A DNA stretch of 26,538 nucleotides from Planctomycetota bacterium (lineage in GTDB: Bacteria; Planctomycetota; UBA1135). Of this stretch, positions 17,934-24,744 are shown one piece after another. The stretch covers positions 1 through 26,538 of the forward strand of contig JASFYO010000025.1 in assembly GCA_045047305.1 (NCBI GenBank), written 5' to 3'. A model generated the notes under the pieces. It saw only the letters and a program-made list of their open reading frames with translations, did no database searches and had not been told where the DNA came from. The stretch's first letter is position 1. Every line of letters begins with the position of its first letter. Made by a program: the position numbers and the translations under genes.

Positions 17934-19117
17934 TTTGACCACGACCGTTTGAGCTCAGGTAATAAGCGCGGCAGAATTAGCCACCCCCACGGCAGTAGTG
18001 CGAGCAGGAAAACGCTGGCGCCAGCAGCAAGCCAAGCAAAGCGGTTGGCACTATCGAATTCGGCGATGATGCGTAGGAGCAAGGATGCAAAAACCAGCCC
18101 GCCAAAGAGCTGGATTGCGAAGACGGGGCGTCCTACAAGCTTTTGTCCCGTGCTATGCGCCAAGCCAACATGCAGCGCAACGCTGAAAGTGAGCAAGGCG
18201 ATGCCGCTGAGGAAGAAAATATGCAGGCCAACCTGAGGCCGGCTTGGATAAAGAGCGGCCATGCTCAGCCCTATGGGTAAACACCAAGATGCTGCCCAAA
18301 TCAATTTGCGTTGGGTGCCCGCAATCGACGGAAGGCGATGAATATGCGCCGAAAAGATTAAGGTGAGCGCAATACAGGCGGCGCGCAAGCCGCGGCCGAT
18401 GGAAATCCAGCCGTGAGCCTCGAGCGCGAATCCTGTGAGGATCCCCAAGGCGGCCAAGCTATGGCCAAGGCGTCGTTGCCCTGGGTTTGCAGTTAGGTTT
18501 ACATCGACACTTGCTTCCTTGTGAGCCGTCAGCGGTAAAAACAAGGCGCCAATTCCAAGCACGAGGCACAAGAAGAGCCCTTGGGTAAGTAGTAGCCATG
18601 CGCAGTACTGCTGCTGTTGGGAAAGTAAGTCTGGCTGAAACTCGGCTAGGCTCAGTATCAGTGCACCCACGGCTCCGAAGAGGAAGCCAAGAGGAACCCA
18701 CTGGAAGGCAGCGGGGCCGGAGCGAGAGCCAGCGCTTCCCCAAACACGAGAGCCTGCGAATTGCAGCAGCATCAGCGCTTCCAAACCCCAAAGTAAGTGC
18801 GCTAACCCAGTTTCTTGCTGCCAAACGAGGATTGCGTGCAAAGGTGGCAGTAAAAGCGCCATCGCCATTTGCCAGGTCTTGGGACCGGGTGCGCTTAAAC
18901 GTCGCGGTAGCATGGTGAACAGGAAGCCAACGGCGAACGGGGTCAGCACGCCTTGAATCATGATGGTGGCGTGCATTTCGCGCGGATAAAGGATGCCGCT
19001 CCCTGCCCAGAACAGAATCCACGGCAAAATGCCCCACCAAGCCATGAACCATCCCAAGGGGAAAAACGCGCGATAAGGATGACGGCAGAGTCCTTCGTCG
19101 GTGGGTGCTTCAGTCAC
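17927..19117 (-). CDS. nnrS: NnrS-family integral membrane protein
   Basis: PYRAFFPLG, H...MIQG...FAVGFLFT.LP, about 12 TM segments, conserved-position His residues (LHIFFLSG, GLAHS). Confidence 0.8.
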   Translation of the reverse strand: MTEAPTDEGLCRHPYRAFFPLGWFMAWWGILPWILFWAGSGILYPREMHATIMIQGVLTPFAVGFLFTMLPRRLSAPGPKTWQMAMALLLPPLHAILVWQQETGLAHLLWGLEALMLLQFAGSRVWGSAGSRSGPAAFQWVPLGFLFGAVGALILSLAEFQPDLLSQQQQYCAWLLLTQGLFLCLVLGIGALFLPLTAHKEASVDVNLTANPGQRRLGHSLAALGILTGFALEAHGWISIGRGLRAACIALTLIFSAHIHRLPSIAGTQRKLIWAASWCLPIGLSMAALYPSRPQVGLHIFFLSGIALLTFSVALHVGLAHSTGQKLVGRPVFAIQLFGGLVFASLLLRIIAEFDSANRFAWLAAGASVFLLALLPWGWLILPRLLPELKRSWSKR

Positions 19118-19150
19118 GGCGCAATCTTCTCATAACATTGGGGGCTAGCG

Positions 19151-19846
19151 CTAGAGTTGAAACTTTTGGCGCAAGGCTTGAATCACTTGGGGCACTCCAG
19201 TCGACGCCGCTTGCGCAAAAACTTCCACGTCTTGGACTCCAAGCGCCTCGGCATTGGGGTCGACTAAGAAGCGCATGGTGGAGGGGGGCGCAAAATGCAT
19301 CAAGCTGGCTGCGGGATAAACCGCAAGGGAGGTGCCCACGATGAGGAGGACGTCGGCTTGGCCCACGACCTGCGCGGCAGCTTGCAAAGCTGGGACTGCT
19401 TCTCCAAACCAAACTACATGCGGACGCAATTGCCCGCCGTCCGGAGCAAGATCGCCGAGGGCAATGCCTTGGCCTAAGGTTGGGAAGAGCCTGGCATCGT
19501 CCAGCACGCTACGCATTTTTAGAATCTCTCCGTGCAGATGCAAAACTGCGCTTGATCCCGCGCGCTCATGCAGGTCATCGATGTTCTGGGTAATCACATC
19601 GACCTGGAAATCTTGCTCCAGCTCCGCCAAAGCCAGATGTGCAGTATTGGGTTGGGCCGCCACCACCTGACGTCGGCGTTGGTTGTAGAAACGCAGCACC
19701 AATTCTGGATCGCGTTGGAAGGCTTCCGGCGTCGCGACATCTTCCACCCGGTGCTCCTCCCACAGCCCATCGTCCGCGCGGAATGTCTTGAGCCCACTTT
19801 CTGCGCTCATACCAGCTCCGGTCAAGGCCACCACGCGAGGTTTCAT
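19151..19846 (-). CDS. cobB: NAD-dependent protein deacylase (sirtuin, class III)
   Basis: TGAGMSAESGLKTFR, FYNQRR (YxxR), TQNIDDLHERAG, LHG, RPHVVWFGE and GTSLAVYPAA. The start is ATG 19846 (MKPRVV); the track start at 19906 collides with ileS. Confidence 0.95.
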   Translation of the reverse strand: MKPRVVALTGAGMSAESGLKTFRADDGLWEEHRVEDVATPEAFQRDPELVLRFYNQRRRQVVAAQPNTAHLALAELEQDFQVDVITQNIDDLHERAGSSAVLHLHGEILKMRSVLDDARLFPTLGQGIALGDLAPDGGQLRPHVVWFGEAVPALQAAAQVVGQADVLLIVGTSLAVYPAASLMHFAPPSTMRFLVDPNAEALGVQDVEVFAQAASTGVPQVIQALRQKFQL

Positions 19847-19904
19847 GGGGCCAGGGTAACAAGGTATGTAGGAAAGGAGGTGTGAGCGCCTGTAGAATCC
19901 CGCC
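19847..19904. promoter_or_regulatory. Divergent leaderless promoters of cobB and ileS
   Basis: Minus: TGT-TACCCT (extended -10, box at 19858-19853), 6 nt, ATG 19846. Plus: TAGAAT (19893-19898), 6 nt, ATG 19905. Confidence 0.65.
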
Positions 19905-22900
19905 ATGTTTGAGCCGCGAAGTCGCGCCTACCTAAGTAGCCCGGATGCCTTTGAGAAGGAAGTCCTGGCCGCCTGGAAATCTTCTGACATCCTGAAGCAG
20001 ACCCTCGAGGCGCGCGCGGATGCGGATCCTTTCGTGTTTTACGAAGGTCCACCCACTGCCAACGGACGTCCCGGTATTCACCACGTGCTTTCGCGCACGT
20101 TGAAGGATTCGGTTTGTCGTTTTTACACCATGCGTGGCAAGCGCGTGATGCGCAAAGCTGGCTGGGATACGCACGGCTTGCCGGTGGAGCTAGAGGTTGA
20201 GAAGCAGTTGGGTATTTCGGGTAAGCCTGAAATCGAAAAGCATGGCATCGGCCCGTTCAACGAGAAGTGCCGTCATTCCGTGTTCACCTATAAGGAGGAG
20301 TGGGAGCAAGTTTCCGATCGCATTGGTTACATGCTTGACTACGCTGACCCCTATGTCACCTTCCACAAAAACTACGTCGAATCGGTGTGGTTTTTGCTCT
20401 CGCGGTTTGCCAAGAATGACTTGCTCTACCGCGGCTCCAAAGTCCTTCCGTGGTGTGGTCGTTGTGGTACTGGACTCTCCAGTCATGAAGTCAGTCAAGG
20501 TTATGCCGACATCGACGATCCCTCGGTTTGGATCAGCTTCCCACTGAAAAATGCGACCGGCGACCTAGAGGATGCAGCCCTAGTTGCATGGACCACCACT
20601 CCTTGGACCCTGCCCTCCAACATGGGCGTTTGTGTGCATCCAGAGTTTGAGTATGCCATCGTCGAAACTGACGGAAAGCGCTTTATCTTGCTCGAATCCA
20701 AGGCTGAGGGCATTTTCGGCGAAGGCAACTTTGAGGTGGTCGGTAAGGTTACGGGGCAAGAACTCGGCGGCATGAGCTACGAACCACTCTTCCAATGGGA
20801 AGGCGGAACTGTTGTGCAAGAGGGCGAAAAGGTACACGTCGTGGTGGTCGATACTTTCGTCTCCGATGACGATGGCACCGGCATGGTGCACATGGCTCCT
20901 TATGGCGCCGACGACTTCCGCATTGCACAACGCGATGGCCTAATCGCAACTTTGGCAGTCGGCAATGAAGGCCGCTTCCTGGTGGATATTGCCGGAGTGG
21001 AAGCAGGCACCTTTTTTCGCGACGCCAACAAAACGCTTTCGCGCGACCTGAAAGAGCGCGGCCGGTTGTTGAAGATCGATCAGTATCGTCACAGTTATCC
21101 ACACTGTTGGCGTTGCGATACACCGCTGCTGTACTTTCCGTCGCCCGCATGGTTTTTGCGCACCACATCCTTCAAGGAAAAGATGGAGGAGCAAAATGCC
21201 AAAGTGAAATGGTCACCGCCAGAAATCGGTGAGGGTCGCTTCGGCGAATGGCTGAGCAACAACATCGATTGGGCTTTGTCGCGCGACCGTTATTGGGGTA
21301 CGCCGTTGCCAGTGTGGATCAATGAGGAGGACCCAGAGGACTGGATTTGTGTCGAATCCTTTGCTCAATTAGAGGAATTGGCGGGTGCTCAGGGGGAGAA
21401 TTTCGATCCCCACCGGCCCGAGGTCGATGACATCAGCTTCGAAACGCCCACTCCTGGCAAAACCGGCACCATGCGCCGGGTGCCTCAGGTGATTGATTGC
21501 TGGTTCGATAGCGGCGCCATGCCTTATGCGCAGCATCATTGGCCATTTGAGAACCGCGATATCGTTGCCGAACAGTTCCCTGCCGACTTCATCTGTGAAG
21601 GCATCGATCAGACTCGCGGGTGGTTCTATTCCTTGCACGCGATCTCTATTTTCCTCACTCAAGTGGATGAAGACTTGTGGAAGAGTGGTGAGTTGTGGGG
21701 TGAATCGTTGCCACGCTTGGAAGCCGGCGGTGCGTATCGCAGCGTGATGGTCAACGGCATGATTCTGGATAAGTCCGGGGTCAAAATGTCGAAGCGCTTG
21801 GGCAACATTGTGATTCCTGCAGATGCGATTGCCGAACACGGCGCCGATGCCATCCGCTGGAGTTTCCTCGCTGGAGGGGCAGCGCATTTGTCCCGCCGCT
21901 ACGACGATGCCGGAGTCTCTGAGGCCCGACGTCGGGTGCTTGGAACCTTGTCTGCCAGCTATGACTTCTTCGCGTTGTATGCGCGCACGGAAGGTTGGGA
22001 TCCAAAGGTTGCGCGTCCTGCCGTAGAGGATCGCGAGGCGATTGACCGTTGGGTCTTATCGCGTTGTGCGGAGGCCGGGCAAGAGTGCATTCAGGGCTGG
22101 GAGGATCTCCTGCCGAACAATGCCTTGCGTCCGCTGGAGCGTTTCCTCGTGGATGAACTCTCTAACTGGTACATCCGACGTTGCCGCCGTCGCTTTTGGG
22201 GTGCAGAAGGGGAAGCCAGTCAGGCCGCTGCTTTTGCCACCTTGTTCGAAGTGCTTCACGCGAGCTTGCGCATGATGGCGCCGATCACACCTTTCCTTGC
22301 CGACGCCTTGTGGAAGGAACTGAATGGAACCGAGGAAAGCGTACACCTGCAGCTCTTCCCGGATACGCCTGAATCCATCGATAAACCCCTTTCAGAAGCC
22401 ATGGATCCGATTCTGCGTGCATCTAGCCTCGGACGTGCGGTGCGCGAACGGGTGCAAATCCGAGTGCGGCAACCGCTCGGCAAATTGGTGGTGCATATCT
22501 CCAACGAAAAGGCACTTTCGGTTTCGCCACGCGCTTACGAAGATGCACTGCTGCAAGAGCTCAACGTGAAACAGGTGGAATGGATCGATGGCACCCCAGA
22601 CTTTCTTGAAGTCGAAGCCAAAGCAAACTTCAAGAGCCTGGGCAAACGTGCCGGCAAGAACATGAAAGCGTTGGCATTGGCGATTGCAAACTTCGATCGC
22701 GAAACGGTATTCAAGTTGCAAGGTGGAGGAACGGTGGACCTTGATGTCGATGGCACCACTTTCACTCTCGACGGAGAAGACATCATGCTGCAAACGCAAA
22801 GCGCCGAAGGCATGGAAGCTGCCACCGATGGTTACGTCACCATTGGCCTGGTTACCGAACTGACTCCGGAGTTGGAATGCGAAGGTGTTGCGCGCGAAAT

Positions 22901-23162
22901 CTTGAATCGCTTGCAAACCCAACGTAAAGAAACTGGGTTAGAAGTGTCGGACCGTATTCGTGTACGTATACACGGCGATGACGCCGTGCATGCCGCGATG
23001 CAAGAACATGGGGTTTGGATTGCGCAAGAAGCGCTTGCTCCAGATGGATTGCATTGGGTCGAGCGGGCAGCAGTGACTGCCGACGGTTTCCAACTCTGGG
23101 AACTACCCGGTGAGCATCATCTGCAAATCGCAATCGAAAAAGTTTCTCTCAAGAATGCGTAA
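19905..23162 (+). CDS. ileS: Isoleucine--tRNA ligase, type 2 (IleRS2)
   Basis: FYEGPPTANGRPGIHH, GWDTHGLPVE, WTTTPWTLPSN, WALSRDRYWGTP, WFDSGAMP, EGIDQTRGWF, KMSKR and LSNWYIRR; long type-2 C-terminal domain with no terminal zinc finger. Confidence 0.98.
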   Translation: MFEPRSRAYLSSPDAFEKEVLAAWKSSDILKQTLEARADADPFVFYEGPPTANGRPGIHHVLSRTLKDSVCRFYTMRGKRVMRKAGWDTHGLPVELEVEKQLGISGKPEIEKHGIGPFNEKCRHSVFTYKEEWEQVSDRIGYMLDYADPYVTFHKNYVESVWFLLSRFAKNDLLYRGSKVLPWCGRCGTGLSSHEVSQGYADIDDPSVWISFPLKNATGDLEDAALVAWTTTPWTLPSNMGVCVHPEFEYAIVETDGKRFILLESKAEGIFGEGNFEVVGKVTGQELGGMSYEPLFQWEGGTVVQEGEKVHVVVVDTFVSDDDGTGMVHMAPYGADDFRIAQRDGLIATLAVGNEGRFLVDIAGVEAGTFFRDANKTLSRDLKERGRLLKIDQYRHSYPHCWRCDTPLLYFPSPAWFLRTTSFKEKMEEQNAKVKWSPPEIGEGRFGEWLSNNIDWALSRDRYWGTPLPVWINEEDPEDWICVESFAQLEELAGAQGENFDPHRPEVDDISFETPTPGKTGTMRRVPQVIDCWFDSGAMPYAQHHWPFENRDIVAEQFPADFICEGIDQTRGWFYSLHAISIFLTQVDEDLWKSGELWGESLPRLEAGGAYRSVMVNGMILDKSGVKMSKRLGNIVIPADAIAEHGADAIRWSFLAGGAAHLSRRYDDAGVSEARRRVLGTLSASYDFFALYARTEGWDPKVARPAVEDREAIDRWVLSRCAEAGQECIQGWEDLLPNNALRPLERFLVDELSNWYIRRCRRRFWGAEGEASQAAAFATLFEVLHASLRMMAPITPFLADALWKELNGTEESVHLQLFPDTPESIDKPLSEAMDPILRASSLGRAVRERVQIRVRQPLGKLVVHISNEKALSVSPRAYEDALLQELNVKQVEWIDGTPDFLEVEAKANFKSLGKRAGKNMKALALAIANFDRETVFKLQGGGTVDLDVDGTTFTLDGEDIMLQTQSAEGMEAATDGYVTIGLVTELTPELECEGVAREILNRLQTQRKETGLEVSDRIRVRIHGDDAVHAAMQEHGVWIAQEALAPDGLHWVERAAVTADGFQLWELPGEHHLQIAIEKVSLKNA

Positions 23163-23172
23163 ACCAAGCGCC

Positions 23173-23361
23173 GATGAGAGGTAAAGTAAATCAGTGTCAA
23201 TGACATCGCTTCGGAGACATAAGCCGCCGGTCCGATAAAACATGACCGGGAGCATGTCTCCAGAATGGGTAAACCATTTTGGGCTGCGTCCCACCCTGAA
23301 ATCAGGGACCACGCGACTTTCTCCTCCCCGCGACGTCAAAACACGAACCGAGCCTCTCATC
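23173..23361 (+). ncRNA. ssrS: 6S RNA (putative)
   Basis: Hand-folded rod: 23173-81/23353-61, 23194-97/23341-44, 23201-09/23330-38, 23213-17/23320-24, 23222-27/23313-18, 23229-33/23306-10; central bubble GATAAAACATGACC / ACCCTGAAATCAG; inner stem GGGA-GCA...CCAGAATGG-GTAAA-CCATTTTGG...TGC-G-TCCC. Bubble-flanking CCGAT..CAT.ACC, GGGAGC and CCACC.TG resemble known 6S RNAs. The 5' end may be 23194. Confidence 0.78.
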
Positions 23362-23384
23362 TCCGGATGAGGGGCTCGTTTTTT
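23349..23384 (+). terminator. Intrinsic terminator after ileS and the 6S-like RNA
   Basis: 13-bp stem CGAGCCTCTCATC-TCCG-GATGAGGGGCTCG (one G-U pair) followed by T6. Confidence 0.88.
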
Positions 23385-23408
23385 ATGGGCATCTCAACCG
23401 AGCTTTGC

Positions 23409-23437
23409 TTGAATAAGCCCATGCATACGGGCAGAAT
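23409..23437 (+). promoter_or_regulatory. Candidate promoter of the L,D-transpeptidase gene
   Basis: TTGAAT (23409-14), 17 nt, CAGAAT (23432-37), 8 nt, ATG 23446; no Shine-Dalgarno. Confidence 0.45.
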
Positions 23438-23445
23438 GGCGAGTC

Positions 23446-24678
23446 ATGGTCCGCCCCTTCGTTTTTGCATTGCTCCCCCTCGGCTTGATGGCATGCGGGG
23501 ATTCTGAGCCAGAAGCCAACACTTCCGACGCCTCTCTCTTCCTTTCTTTGGAGGAGCCAGCGGCCGGCGAAGCTGACACGGCAGGGGAGGCAGCGATTTC
23601 TGGTCCCACGGAAGCTGATTTGGACCGCTCCAACCAAGCCTCGATTCAGACTGAGCAAGCCTCGAGCCTTCCGCTAATGGACTCCGCTTCTGCCTTAGAG
23701 GCCCTGGGTGGGTGGCATCGTGGTACTTCTGCTGAGCGTCCTGGTGTCTTGCGTGGCGCTTCTGCGGCTGCGAATGCCATCCGTAGCCTTTCCCGCGTAT
23801 GGGAGGGCGAGGCAGATAGTTACCGTGCCAACTTGCGCACCTCGACGGAGGGGGCCTTTGGAGAGGAGTTTGCGCGCTATTCCCAAGCTTGGGTGGAAAA
23901 GGGAACGCAAGGATTGAATGCCGCATTGGCTAGCGGGCCAGTAGGGAGTATCTCCCACCTCATTTGGACCGACATTCTTGCACAAGATGCTCTCTCCAAG
24001 GATGACTACCACACGGCTGGGGTTGCACTGTCCGCTTTGCTCAGTGGCATGATGGAAAGCGGCTATTCCAGAGAACGAATTCTGGAACTAGTTCCGCGTA
24101 TCTCCCTGGTCGGACGCAACGCCAGTGTCTTTCTTCCCTCTAAGGACTACACGGTACAGGGAGGGGATAGTTACTGGGTGATTTGCCGTGCCTTCCGCAA
24201 AGAAGGGTTGCTTTTAAACAAAGGCTGGATCGCAGACTTCAATCACAAGCGCAACTACTCCCTAAGGGCGGGTGAAACCTTGAAGATCCCGCAGTCCAAG
24301 CTGAGTGTTTTTGCCTGGCGGAGCAAGCGTCTTATGGCGCTCTATGCCGATGGCGTCCCCATCCGCCTATTCGCGGTCTCGATGGGCCGCAGCGGCGAAC
24401 CAACCCCCTTGGGCACCTTCACTCTTGGCATCTGCGAGGAAGAGCCGGTCTACTATCCGCCTGGGGGTAGCCCAGTGCCATATCAGAACCCGGCCAATCC
24501 ACTTGGAGAGCGCTGGTTGGGCTTCAAGGAAGATACTCAGTATGGGCTGCATGGCACCAACTCAGAGGCCACCATCGGTAGCTACGAATCAGGCGGTTGC
24601 GTGCGCATGCACAATGAAGACGTGGTCGAGTTGTTCGATATGCTGTCTCCTGGGATCACGGTAACGATTTCCGCTTAA
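23446..24678 (+). CDS. LysM-containing L,D-transpeptidase (YkuD family) lipoprotein
   Basis: Lipobox LMAC; acidic linker; LysM YTVQGGDS...LRAGETLKIP; YkuD domain with TPLGTF, NPLGERWL and YGLHGT...SGGCVRM. Confidence 0.92.
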   Translation: MVRPFVFALLPLGLMACGDSEPEANTSDASLFLSLEEPAAGEADTAGEAAISGPTEADLDRSNQASIQTEQASSLPLMDSASALEALGGWHRGTSAERPGVLRGASAAANAIRSLSRVWEGEADSYRANLRTSTEGAFGEEFARYSQAWVEKGTQGLNAALASGPVGSISHLIWTDILAQDALSKDDYHTAGVALSALLSGMMESGYSRERILELVPRISLVGRNASVFLPSKDYTVQGGDSYWVICRAFRKEGLLLNKGWIADFNHKRNYSLRAGETLKIPQSKLSVFAWRSKRLMALYADGVPIRLFAVSMGRSGEPTPLGTFTLGICEEEPVYYPPGGSPVPYQNPANPLGERWLGFKEDTQYGLHGTNSEATIGSYESGGCVRMHNEDVVELFDMLSPGITVTISA

Positions 24679-24689
24679 GCAAACCCAGA

Positions 24690-24730
24690 TTAGCCTGCCA
24701 GCGACTCCGCGGATTCCTCTGTCAGGCTAA
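24690..24730. repeat. Inverted repeat between convergent genes (possible bidirectional terminator or stabiliser)
   Basis: TTAGCCTG-C-CAG ... CTG-T-CAGGCTAA, 11 of 12 bp paired, 17-nt loop, no U tract. Confidence 0.5.
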
Positions 24731-24744
24731 AGCAGAGACCTCCT

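Noticed and set aside
19118..19130. nnrS as another leaderless gene
   Set aside because: The hexamer at the right offset is GAAGAT, not TANNNT; nnrS may simply be co-transcribed with cobB.
19874..19880. Perfect SD AAGGAGG upstream of ileS
   Set aside because: 24 nt from the ATG, upstream of the -10 box, and nearby GTGs are out of frame; unlikely to be the ileS ribosome-binding site.
23163..23384. T-box or lysine riboswitch reading of the structured spacer
   Set aside because: It lies downstream of ileS, has no UGGNACC T-box bulge, and a rod with central bubble fits better than a five-way junction.
23103..23507. Short ORFs 23103..23360 (-) and 23265..23507 (+)
   Set aside because: They overlap the structured RNA and terminator and have no recognisable protein features.
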